This document shows, piece by piece, positions 29,386 through 38,616 of a DNA stretch of 41,362 nucleotides. The position numbers and the translations under genes were made by a program. The notes under the pieces were generated by a model, which saw only the letters and a program-made list of their open reading frames with translations, had not been told where the DNA came from and did not search any database. The stretch is from NCBI GenBank assembly GCA_944358435.1, contig CALVRD010000003.1, positions 1 to 41,362 on the forward strand, written 5' to 3'. The DNA is from an uncultured Bacilli bacterium (GTDB taxonomy: Bacteria; Bacillota_I; Bacilli_A; RF39; UBA660). Position 1 is the stretch's first letter; each line of letters starts with the position of its first letter.

Positions 29386-29935
29386 ATTAATTGCAGTTGT
29401 AGGAATGGCTGGTAGTGGTAAAAGTGTTGCGACAGAATACTTAGAAAATAATGGCTGGACTAAATTATATTTTGGTGGAGTAATTTATGATCGTATGAGA
29501 GAAGAGGGGATAGAGATTACTCCAGCTAGTCAAAAAGAATACCGGGAGAAAATTAGAGAAAAGTATGGTATGGCTGCAGTAGCAATTTTATTGAAAGATA
29601 AAATAAGAGAAGCTTATGGTAAAGGGAATACAGTACTTGATGGATTATATTCTTGGGATGAGTATTTGGTTTTAAAAGATGAATTTCCTGAATTAAAATT
29701 AATTGGAGTTATCTGTGATAAAAAGATTAGATATGATCGTATTAGTAAAAGGAAAGATAGACCATTTAATGCTGAAGAAATTCATATTCGCGATATTTCT
29801 GAAATTGAAAATTTAGCAAAAGGTGGACCTATTGTGTTTGCTGATTATTATATTTTTAATAATGGTAGTATTGAGGATTATACAAGACAGTTATTAGATA
29901 TATTAGATTGTATTGAACAAGAGGGAGAGAAGTAA
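29378..29935 (+). CDS. P-loop nucleotide kinase (dephospho-CoA kinase / UPF0200-like)
   Basis: VGMAGSGKS, DG.YS..E, RY.R...R..R, RD..E, ADY...N.G; ATG 29378 overlaps the upstream stop. Confidence 0.7.
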   Translation: MNKLIAVVGMAGSGKSVATEYLENNGWTKLYFGGVIYDRMREEGIEITPASQKEYREKIREKYGMAAVAILLKDKIREAYGKGNTVLDGLYSWDEYLVLKDEFPELKLIGVICDKKIRYDRISKRKDRPFNAEEIHIRDISEIENLAKGGPIVFADYYIFNNGSIEDYTRQLLDILDCIEQEGEK

Positions 29936-29936
29936 A

Positions 29937-32627
29937 ATGAAATATATGAGTCATGACGATATTAGAAATACATGGTTTAAGTTTTTTAGGGAAAAGGGGC
30001 ATAAATTATTTGAAAGTGCACCATTAGTACCAATAAATGATGATAGTCTTTTATGGGTAAATGCTGGTGTTACTCCATTAAAAAAATATTTTGATGGTTC
30101 TGAAGTTCCTGATTCTAGAAGACTTATGAGTATTCAAAAATGTATTCGTACTAATGATATTGAAAATGTTGGAGATGCTACTCACCATACATTTTTTGAA
30201 ATGATGGGAAATTTCTCAGTAGGAGATTATTTTAAGAATGAGGCAATTGCTTATTCATTTGAATTATTAACTAGTTCAGAATATTTTGGAGTTGATCCGA
30301 ATCGTTTATTTGTAACAGTTTATACACATGATGAGGCTGCAAAAAGAAGATGGATTGAAGTTGGTCTTGATCCTAGTCATATAATACCATTAGAGGGAAA
30401 CTTTTGGGAAATTGGTGAAGGCCCTTGTGGACCTGATTCAGAGATATTTTATGATCGTGGAGCTAAGTATGATCCAGAGGGAGATGCTTTTGATAAGTTT
30501 AAAAATGATGAAAATCAATATCGTTATGTAGAAATTTGGAATAACGTATTTAGCCAATTTAATTCTAAAGAGGGTGTTGCAAGAGAAGAATATAAAGAAT
30601 TACCAAGTAAGAATATTGATACTGGTGCAGGACTTGAAAGATGGTGTGCTATATTCCAAGGAGTTGATAGTAACTTTGAGACGGATTTATTTAAGCCAAT
30701 TTTAGAACATATTAGTTTACTTACTGGAGCTAAGTATAGTGGCCAAAGGGAATATCGAATTATAGCTGATCATATTAGAACAATTACTTTTGCTTTAGCA
30801 GATGGAGCTTGTTTTGAAAATGTTGGACGAGGATATGTACTTAGAAGATTACTTAGAAGAAGTGTTCGTTGTGGTAGACAGTTAGGGTTAGATGGACCAT
30901 TTATGTATAAGATTGTTTCTGATGTAGTTGATGTAATGAGAGAAGCTTATCCATATTTAGTTGCAAAAAGACCAATTATTGAAACTTTGGTATTAGAAGA
31001 AGAAAAATTATTTTTAAAGACTTTAGAAGCAGGGGAGAGAAGATTAAGAGAATTAGTTAAAGATTCTCCTGATGGAAGCATTAGTGGAGAAGAAGCTTTT
31101 ACGTTATATGATACATATGGTTTTCCATTTGAATTAACTCTTGAATATTTAAATGAATTAGGATATACAGTTTCACGTGATGAATTTGATAAATATATGG
31201 AAATACAAAGAGAGCTTGCTAAAAAGAATGCTAAAAATAAATCTTCAATGGCTAGTCAAAAGAAAGTACTTTTAGATTTTAAGGATAAAAGTCAATTCGC
31301 TTATGGAATATATAGATTAAAATCCAATGTTATAGCAATTTTTTCTAAAGATGAAATAGTTGATTCTATAGATCATGATTGCTATATAGCACTTGAGAGA
31401 ACTTGCTTTTATGCTGAGTCTGGTGGACAAGTTAGTGATACTGGTATGATAGTTGGTAAAAACTTTAAAGCAAGAGTTTTAGATGTATTTAAAGGACCAA
31501 ATGGCCAACATATTCATAAAGTTAAATTATTAGATGGAGTTATTTCTTTAAATGATGAGTGCGAAGCCATTGTTGATAAAGATCGCCGTAATAAAATTGA
31601 AGTTAATCACTCATGTGTTCATATTTTACAATATTCTCTTCAACAAGTTGTATCTTCTTCTATTAAACAAGCTGGTAGTTATGTTGATGATGAAAAATTA
31701 AGATTTGATTTTACTTATACTGGTAAAATGACTGATGATAAATTATTAGAAGTTGAACAGTTTGTTAAAGATATGATTAGTGAGAATTTAATAGTAGCAA
31801 CTGAAGTAATGCCTATTGATAAAGCTAAACAATTGGGAGCAATGGCCTTATTTAATGAAAAATATGGGGACATGGTTCGAGTTGTAAAAATAGGTAAATC
31901 AATGGAATTATGTGGCGGTACTCATACTACTAATACTAAAGAAATTAAAAATTTTGCTATTTACTCATGTGAGTCTAAAGGAAGTAATGTTTACCGTATA
32001 GAAGCTGTTACTGGCAATAAAGTAGAAGATGTTATGTTTGAAGTTATTAAGCCTTATAATGATGAAATGGTTAAATTATTAGTGAAAGCAAAAAATATTC
32101 TTGATGAAGCTAAAAACAATGGTATTATGTTAAATTTTGATGTAGAAATTGATAATAGTAAGCCAAGTTCTTATAAAGATATCGTTTTCAATAAAAATGA
32201 ATTATGCTATGTTCAACAAGAAGTTAAGGATTTAGAGAAAAAATATGTTGATTTAAGAGAACAAAAAGCTTTACAAAACTTAGATATTTATAAAGAAAAC
32301 ATTAAAGATTATAATGGTACTTTAGGGATTATTATGAAAGTTAATAATAAAGATGTTAATTTACTAAAAGCTGTTGCGGATAATTTAATTCAAGTTATGA
32401 AAGAAGGATTAGTTTTCTTTGCAAATGTAAAAAATGATGGAGCAGTTAATTTTATTGCAAGAAGTAATTGTCATGTTAACGCTGGTTTACTTGTTAAAAA
32501 TGCTGCTGTAATGTCAGAAGGTAATGGTGGTGGTAGCCCAACTTTTGCTCAAGGTGGAGGAAAGACTACTAGTATTTTAAATGAAATATTTGATTATGTA
32601 GAGAAAGCCTTAAAAGATGAAGCATAA
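29937..32627 (+). CDS. alaS: Alanine--tRNA ligase
   Basis: QKCIR..DI.NVG...H.TFFEM.GNFS, GPCGP.SEI, IDTG.GLER, LYDTYGFP, FYAESGGQ, ELCGGTH, GGG....AQGGG. Confidence 0.98.
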   Translation: MKYMSHDDIRNTWFKFFREKGHKLFESAPLVPINDDSLLWVNAGVTPLKKYFDGSEVPDSRRLMSIQKCIRTNDIENVGDATHHTFFEMMGNFSVGDYFKNEAIAYSFELLTSSEYFGVDPNRLFVTVYTHDEAAKRRWIEVGLDPSHIIPLEGNFWEIGEGPCGPDSEIFYDRGAKYDPEGDAFDKFKNDENQYRYVEIWNNVFSQFNSKEGVAREEYKELPSKNIDTGAGLERWCAIFQGVDSNFETDLFKPILEHISLLTGAKYSGQREYRIIADHIRTITFALADGACFENVGRGYVLRRLLRRSVRCGRQLGLDGPFMYKIVSDVVDVMREAYPYLVAKRPIIETLVLEEEKLFLKTLEAGERRLRELVKDSPDGSISGEEAFTLYDTYGFPFELTLEYLNELGYTVSRDEFDKYMEIQRELAKKNAKNKSSMASQKKVLLDFKDKSQFAYGIYRLKSNVIAIFSKDEIVDSIDHDCYIALERTCFYAESGGQVSDTGMIVGKNFKARVLDVFKGPNGQHIHKVKLLDGVISLNDECEAIVDKDRRNKIEVNHSCVHILQYSLQQVVSSSIKQAGSYVDDEKLRFDFTYTGKMTDDKLLEVEQFVKDMISENLIVATEVMPIDKAKQLGAMALFNEKYGDMVRVVKIGKSMELCGGTHTTNTKEIKNFAIYSCESKGSNVYRIEAVTGNKVEDVMFEVIKPYNDEMVKLLVKAKNILDEAKNNGIMLNFDVEIDNSKPSSYKDIVFNKNELCYVQQEVKDLEKKYVDLREQKALQNLDIYKENIKDYNGTLGIIMKVNNKDVNLLKAVADNLIQVMKEGLVFFANVKNDGAVNFIARSNCHVNAGLLVKNAAVMSEGNGGGSPTFAQGGGKTTSILNEIFDYVEKALKDEA

Positions 32628-33552
32628 TTATTTAATTGAAGGTGAAGATTTTTTAACTATACAGTTAGAAATTGATAAGATAATTAAAAATAATGATTTT
32701 TCTGATGCAACTATAAGTTATTATGATATGCAAGAAGTAGCACTTGAAAATGCACTTGAAGATTTAGATACATATGGTTTTTTTACTAGTAAAAAAGTTA
32801 TTGTAATTACTAATTTTGAAAATATTGATTTAAATAATTTTAAAGATTTAGAAAGATTAGTTAGATATGTGAAGAGTGAATGTTCTGATAATATTTTAAT
32901 TGTTGTTACTAAAAAGTTTGTAGTTAAAGATAATAAGTTTTTAAAAGAATTAAAGAAGAATTTAGAATCTATTTCTGTTTCATTAGAACCTATTAGTTAT
33001 ATTAAAAATGAACTAAAAGATTATAAAGCAGATACTGGTGTTATTAATATGATTAATACATATTGTCTTGGAGACATTACTAGGATACATAATGAATGTA
33101 GTAAATTAAAAGATTATAAATTAGAAGATAAATTTATTGGTAAAAATGATGTAGAAGAACTTGCTATTAAAAAGTTAGGAGATGCAACGGAGTTAACATT
33201 TTCTTTTGTTAGGGCTTTAGCAGAAAAGAATAAAAAAGAAGTATTAAAATTATATGAAGAGATTTTAAATTATCATGTTGAACCACTTAGTTTAATAGGA
33301 CTTTTAGCTAGTCAATTTCGAATTATGTATCAAGTTAAGGTACTTGATCGAAGAAGAACTTCTAATGCAGAAATTGCAAAGATATTAGAAACAAAAGAAT
33401 ATAGAATTATAAAGACTAGAGAATTAACTAGATATTATACAGAAAATGAAATACTTAATTTAATAATTAAGTTAAGTGATATTGATTTAAAGATAAAGAC
33501 GACTAATAGTGATTCTAATATGTTATTGCAATTATTTATATTAAATATGTAA
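32617..33552 (+). CDS. holA: DNA polymerase III delta subunit
   Basis: YL..GE start, FF...K, E..KL..Y, D..IK C-terminus; size fits HolA. Confidence 0.85.
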   Translation: MKHNYLIEGEDFLTIQLEIDKIIKNNDFSDATISYYDMQEVALENALEDLDTYGFFTSKKVIVITNFENIDLNNFKDLERLVRYVKSECSDNILIVVTKKFVVKDNKFLKELKKNLESISVSLEPISYIKNELKDYKADTGVINMINTYCLGDITRIHNECSKLKDYKLEDKFIGKNDVEELAIKKLGDATELTFSFVRALAEKNKKEVLKLYEEILNYHVEPLSLIGLLASQFRIMYQVKVLDRRRTSNAEIAKILETKEYRIIKTRELTRYYTENEILNLIIKLSDIDLKIKTTNSDSNMLLQLFILNM

Positions 33553-33565
33553 AAAAAACATACAG

Positions 33566-34789
33566 TTATTTGCTAGCTGTATGTTTTATTTTTTCAAGTC
33601 GTTCATAAACTTCTTTTAGTTGTTTTTCATAACCTATATCTTTAGGTGTATAATATTTTTTATTTTTAATTTTGTCAGGTAAATATTGTTGAACAACATA
33701 GGCTCCTTTATAGTCATGAGGATATTTATAATCTTCGGAATCTGGTTTTATATGTTTAGGAATTGTTCCAACATTACCTTGTTCAATATCTTCTAAAGCT
33801 TTATCTAAGGCGACATGAGCAGTATTACTTTTGGGAGATAAAGCCATTTCTGCAACTATTGTTCCTAAGGGAATTCTGGCTTCAGGTAGACCAACTCTTT
33901 CAGCGGCATTTATAGCAGCTTCTACTCGAGGTCCAATAGTGGGATTGGCTAGACCAATATCTTCATAAGCAATTACTGACATGCGACGATAGATAGATTC
34001 TAAGTCTCCTTCAGCAATTAATCTAGCTAAATAATGAAGAGCAGCATCAACGTCACTTCCACGAATAGATTTTTGAAAACCACTTAATACGTCGTAATGA
34101 CCATCACCATCTTTATCTGAGAAGAATACAGGTTTATTATTAATTTTTCTAATTTTTTCTTCATTAATGATTTTATCATCTGTTGAATAAAAAGCTATTT
34201 CTAGTAAATTATAGGCATATCTTAAGTCATTTCCAGAAAGTTTGGCAATTAGTTCAATACTTTTATCATCTATTACTATTCCCTCTAAATCAGGATGTTT
34301 TATAGCTCTATTTAGTCCTTCAATAATATCTGATGTTTCTAAAGGATGTAATTCAAATAATTGACATCTACTGCGAATGGCTGGATTAATAGAGTGGTAT
34401 GGATTAGAAGTAGTCATTCCAATTAAAGTAATTAGGCCACTTTCAAGTTGAGGCAATAAGACATCTTGTTTATCTTTGTGAAGACGGTGAATTTCATCAA
34501 TAATTACGACCATTCCATCATACATTTTAGCTTCTTCTATAACGATATCTAAATCTTTTTTAGTATTTATAGTAGCATTTAAAAAACGATGTCTTAATCC
34601 TAAGTCATTGGCAATAGCATTAGCGATACTTGTCTTACCAATACCAGGTTTACCATATAAAATCATTGAAAATAATTTCTTATTTTTAACAAGATTAGTT
34701 AAAATTTTTCCTTCTCCAATAAGATGGTTTTGGCCAATAACTTCATCTAATGAGTTTGGTGCAAGTTTTATTGCTAAAGGTTTATTCAT
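33566..34789 (-). CDS. rarA: Replication-associated recombination protein A (MgsA/RarA)
   Basis: PLA...P..L.E.IGQ.HL, G.PG.GKT, DEIHR..K..QD, AIRSR, KSIRGSD..AA, EDIGLA.P. Confidence 0.95.
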   Translation of the reverse strand: MNKPLAIKLAPNSLDEVIGQNHLIGEGKILTNLVKNKKLFSMILYGKPGIGKTSIANAIANDLGLRHRFLNATINTKKDLDIVIEEAKMYDGMVVIIDEIHRLHKDKQDVLLPQLESGLITLIGMTTSNPYHSINPAIRSRCQLFELHPLETSDIIEGLNRAIKHPDLEGIVIDDKSIELIAKLSGNDLRYAYNLLEIAFYSTDDKIINEEKIRKINNKPVFFSDKDGDGHYDVLSGFQKSIRGSDVDAALHYLARLIAEGDLESIYRRMSVIAYEDIGLANPTIGPRVEAAINAAERVGLPEARIPLGTIVAEMALSPKSNTAHVALDKALEDIEQGNVGTIPKHIKPDSEDYKYPHDYKGAYVVQQYLPDKIKNKKYYTPKDIGYEKQLKEVYERLEKIKHTASK

Positions 34790-34950
34790 AAAATCACCAC
34801 ATTAGTTATTTTATCAAAGTTATTGTTAAAAAACTAGTAATGTTTCATATTTACTAGTATATTTATCAATAAAATTCTCTTTATATGTGAAAATACATAT
34901 GTTTTTTTCTTGTATTTTTGTACTATAATATATATAGGTATGGTGATTAT

Positions 34951-35850
34951 ATGAAAATAGATGTTGCGATCAATGATTTTATAAATTATTGTCTATTTGA
35001 AAAAGGTCTTTCTGATAAAACAAAAGAGTCTTATTTTAATGATTTGACTGTTTATAGAGAGTTTTTAAATGATCATGGTATATTTGATGTTAGTGATATT
35101 AGAGATGATGATATAAAGGAATTTTTAAAGTCAAGGTATCAGAGTGAAAAGACAACTACTATTGCTCATAATTTAACTGTTATTAAAAATTTCCATGCTT
35201 ATTTGTTACGTGTTGGGGTTGTTAAGAGGGATGTATCACAATTTGTTGAAAGACCAAAATTAAGGAAGTCTCTTCCTAAAACATTAAGTGTTGAGGATAT
35301 TGATGTGTTATTAGATATTGAGTTAAAGACGGTATTTGACTATCGTAATAAAGCTATGTTAGAATTAATGTATGGAACTGGATTACGAGTTAGTGAGATA
35401 GTTAATCTTACTTTTAATGATATTGATATGACTAATTGTATTATTAGAATTATGGGTAAGGGTAGTAAAGAAAGAGAAGTTCCTTTAGGAGAATATTCTA
35501 TTTATTATTTAAAACTTTATTTAGATAAGAGAGAGGCTATGCTTAAAGAAAAATCTTGCGATAAATTGTTTTTAAATAATCATGGACAAGGAATGACTAG
35601 ACAGGGATTCTTTAAGAATTTGAAAATATTGCTAAAGGAAAAAGGATTAAATACTAATGTATCTCCACATACGTTAAGACATTCTTTTGCAACCCATTTA
35701 TTAAATCGTGGTGCTGATTTGCGTAGTATTCAAGAAATGCTAGGACATTCTGATATTGCAACTACTAAGATATATACTCATGTTAGTAATGAAAAAGTAA
35801 TTGATGATTATAATAAATATCATCCTCGTAGTCATAAAGGAGATGTATGA
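34951..35850 (+). CDS. xerD: Xer-type tyrosine recombinase (XerD/RipX)
   Basis: TGLRVSE, GKGSKER.VP, PHTLRHSFATHLL..GADLR.IQEMLGH.DI.TT.IYTHV, YHPR; precedes deoB as in Bacillus ripX-drm. Confidence 0.85.
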   Translation: MKIDVAINDFINYCLFEKGLSDKTKESYFNDLTVYREFLNDHGIFDVSDIRDDDIKEFLKSRYQSEKTTTIAHNLTVIKNFHAYLLRVGVVKRDVSQFVERPKLRKSLPKTLSVEDIDVLLDIELKTVFDYRNKAMLELMYGTGLRVSEIVNLTFNDIDMTNCIIRIMGKGSKEREVPLGEYSIYYLKLYLDKREAMLKEKSCDKLFLNNHGQGMTRQGFFKNLKILLKEKGLNTNVSPHTLRHSFATHLLNRGADLRSIQEMLGHSDIATTKIYTHVSNEKVIDDYNKYHPRSHKGDV

Positions 35851-35853
35851 TAA

Positions 35854-37020
35854 ATGCAATTCAAACGAATTTTTTTATTAGTTTTAGATTCTTTAGGTGT
35901 TGGTGAGACAACAGATGCTATTAATTTTTCTGATAATGGTGCGAATACGTTAGGTCATATAAAAGAACAATATGATTTATTTATACCTAATTTAAAAAAG
36001 ATAGGTTTTTTAGATACATTAAATATGAGTGATAATAGTAATGTTGATGCTTATTATACAATTGCTAAACCTATTAATGCAGGTAAAGATTCTTTAAATG
36101 GTCATTATGAAATGATGGGTATTAAAAATAATATTCCTTTTAAAACATTTAATAGTGGTTTTACCTATGATATTTTAAATAGTATCGAAAATGTTACGGG
36201 AAGACGAGTTATTGGTAATAAATGCTGTAATGATGATTCTATTATTAATGAGCTTGGGGAAAGACAGATGAACTATGGATCACTTATTATCTATACTTCA
36301 GCGGATTCTGATTTACAAGTTGCAGCACATGAGGATTGTATTCCTATACCTACTTTATATCAATATTGTGAAAAAATTAGGGCTATTACTTTAAAAGACG
36401 ATTGGAGAGTAGGGAGGGTTATTGCTAGGCCATTTACTGGGGTGCCTGGTAAATTTAAGTTTATTAATAGTGCCAGACGTGATTATGCTGTAAAGCCTCC
36501 TAAAAAGAGTGTATTAGATAGTTTAATTGAAAATAGTTATAATGTTATTGGTATTGGGAAAATTAATGTTATTTTTGATGGACAGGGTATCAATAAGTGT
36601 ATTAAGGCAACAAATAATGCGGAAGTTGTTAATAAACTATTAGATATAATGGATAAGAACTTTACGGGACTATGTATTGCTAATTTATCGGATTTTGATG
36701 GATTATATGGTCATCAGAGAGATGTTGTTGGTTATGGTCGGGCAATTGAAGAATTAGATGTAGATATGCCAATGATATTAAATAAGTTAGAATTAGATGA
36801 TTTATTAATTATTACGGCAGACCATGGAAATGATCCAACATTTAAAGGAAATGACCATACGAGGGAGAATGTACCAGTTATTATTTATAGTCGTAATTTC
36901 AAAACACCAGGTAGAATGCAACCATTTGAGACGTTTGCTAATATAGGAGCAACAATTGCTGATAATTTTAATGTAGATGCTCCAGAAATAGGAATAAGTA
37001 TATTAGATGATTTAAAATAG
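35854..37020 (+). CDS. deoB: Phosphopentomutase
   Basis: LDS.G.G...DA, YTSADS..Q.AAHE, GRVIARPF, DFD..YGH.RD, TADHGNDP, HTRE.VP. Confidence 0.95.
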   Translation: MQFKRIFLLVLDSLGVGETTDAINFSDNGANTLGHIKEQYDLFIPNLKKIGFLDTLNMSDNSNVDAYYTIAKPINAGKDSLNGHYEMMGIKNNIPFKTFNSGFTYDILNSIENVTGRRVIGNKCCNDDSIINELGERQMNYGSLIIYTSADSDLQVAAHEDCIPIPTLYQYCEKIRAITLKDDWRVGRVIARPFTGVPGKFKFINSARRDYAVKPPKKSVLDSLIENSYNVIGIGKINVIFDGQGINKCIKATNNAEVVNKLLDIMDKNFTGLCIANLSDFDGLYGHQRDVVGYGRAIEELDVDMPMILNKLELDDLLIITADHGNDPTFKGNDHTRENVPVIIYSRNFKTPGRMQPFETFANIGATIADNFNVDAPEIGISILDDLK

Positions 37021-37079
37021 AAAAGTAGGGGAAGTCCCCTATTTTTGATATAGAAAAAGGGGAGCAAGCCTCCTCTTCT
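37021..37079. terminator. Two back-to-back hairpins terminating deoB and the DUF1540 gene
   Basis: AAAAGTAGGGG-aagt-CCCCTATTTT and AAGGGGAG..CTCCTCTT. Confidence 0.6.
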
Positions 37080-37318
37080 TAATTATTTTCGTTTTCAGAA
37101 TTAACTTCATATTCATTATCTGTAATATTACTTCCAGTTGATTCAAAACTTTGGCAAATTGTTTCTTCACAACAATCGCAATTATTATTATTACATGTGC
37201 AACTAATTTTAATTGAATCTAATTCACAGCATTTATTATCTTTATTATTATAAGTACATGTATTTACATCACATTTAATTTTATTATTGCTTTTGGATTT
37301 ATTATTTTTACTTTTCAT
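37079..37318 (-). CDS. DUF1540-like small Cys-rich protein
   Basis: I.C.V..C.YN....C....I.I ... T.C.SF; SD AAGGAGG. Confidence 0.8.
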   Translation of the reverse strand: MKSKNNKSKSNNKIKCDVNTCTYNNKDNKCCELDSIKISCTCNNNNCDCCEETICQSFESTGSNITDNEYEVNSENENN

Positions 37319-37649
37319 AAACTTTCCTCCTTAATAATAGTTTTGTACAACTTTTATAAAATATGCAAATGTTCTATTTTAAATTTAAGTGAAGGATAGG
37401 TCAACTTTTAAAAAATAAATTGCTTAAAATGCATTTTAGAATTTTGACTTAATTATAGTAGAGTACTTATCAGTTTGAGATATATTGTAATGTATGTATA
37501 GATATAAATAATTAAATGAATAATATTATACATAGTAATAGTTGATATAAATAATGATAAATTTTATATTAAACAACTACATATATATGATTAAATATAT
37601 GTATTATAATATTTATTGTAATTAAATAGATGTATAATATATAACATTA

Positions 37650-38474
37650 TCATAATATTACTAATGGTTTATTAATAGAAGTTAACATAATATCAATTAT
37701 GGGAAGTTGATAATTAAGCAATTCTATATCTCTATTATCACTTGAAAACACCTCATTATAAACAATTTGCTGATTATTAAAGTAATCACTTAAACTACAA
37801 TCAATATAATCTAAATAAACACTAGGTTTAACAAGATTTCTAGAATACCAATATCTTTTTTTTGATTTTAAAGTAATTAATTCTTTTGTAGCATATTTAC
37901 TTATATAATTTGTAACTTTTTCTTTTGATTTAATTTTTGATATTGTAGTAAATCCTAATTTATAATTAACAAGATTATAAATTTGAGTATTATTAATAAG
38001 CATAGGTTTACCAGTTTTAGCATTATATGCTTTTTGAAACTTCCATTTAGGAACATTACCAACAAGACCGTGAAAATGAAGATGTCCACTTATTTTATGG
38101 AATTCAGGAACAAGAATATAATACATATTTGAATTTTGATGTTTTTGATTATCAATCCATTTTTTTAACAAATTAATAGCTTTATCATGAGTATAATCTT
38201 TAATATTAAAAGTTAAAGTAATAAAATAATCAAATTTATCTTTATTATTATAGGCTAAATCTATTATATTAGATTTAACTTTTTTTAAGTACTTCCTACT
38301 ACTCTCTTCTAATTCATCAGCAGAGTATGTTCCGTTATGTTGATTAAAATTTGTAAAACCCTTAAAACTAGTAAAACTTGTGCGTTTACATTTAACAAAA
38401 TTATCAGAATATGTAATAATTTTTGTATTATATAAAGCGACGTTTAAATGTTCATTATTAACAAAATATATAAT
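37650..38474 (-). CDS. Rolling-circle replication initiator (HUH endonuclease)
   Basis: Motif I FITLTF, motif II PE.H..G.LHFHGL, motif III YISKYATK; start uncertain (TTG 38489 or ATT 38474). Confidence 0.88.
   Translation of the reverse strand: MIYFVNNEHLNVALYNTKIITYSDNFVKCKRTSFTSFKGFTNFNQHNGTYSADELEESSRKYLKKVKSNIIDLAYNNKDKFDYFITLTFNIKDYTHDKAINLLKKWIDNQKHQNSNMYYILVPEFHKISGHLHFHGLVGNVPKWKFQKAYNAKTGKPMLINNTQIYNLVNYKLGFTTISKIKSKEKVTNYISKYATKELITLKSKKRYWYSRNLVKPSVYLDYIDCSLSDYFNNQQIVYNEVFSSDNRDIELLNYQLPIIDIMLTSINKPLVIL
37680..37707 (-). other. dif-type Xer recombination site (prophage attachment site)
   Basis: Minus strand ACTTCCCATAA-TTGATA-TTATGTTAACT, 11-6-11 layout closely matching Bacillus dif ACTTCCTAGAA-TATATA-TTATGTAAACT. 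Confidence 0.85.
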
Positions 38475-38498
38475 AAAAAACACCTCCAAAAATTCGGT

Positions 38499-38533
38499 TA
38501 AGTTGCCCTTTAGTCAAGTAAGGGGGCAACTTA
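38499..38533 (-). other. Putative double-strand origin hairpin
   Basis: TAAGTTGCCC / GGGCAACTTA stem; minus-strand loop contains TACTTGACTA. Confidence 0.6.
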
Positions 38534-38572
38534 TGAGATGTCATAGTAACACCCCCACACTGATTTTTCATA

Positions 38573-38616
38573 AAATTCGCCTTTCTTGTCGCTCTATAGT
38601 GCGACAAGGCGAATTT
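38573..38616 (-). terminator. GC-rich hairpin after the pI gene (terminator or ssDNA signal)
   Basis: AAATTCGCC-TTGTCGC-loop-GCGACAA-gaaa-GGCGAATTT. Confidence 0.55.

Noticed and set aside
34951-35850. Tyrosine recombinase as the prophage integrase
   Set aside because: XerD-type motifs, host xerD-deoB context, and separated from the phage by host genes
37380-37650. Extremely AT-rich stretch left of dif as an array or extra dif copies
   Set aside because: No periodicity and no further 11-6-11 dif match found
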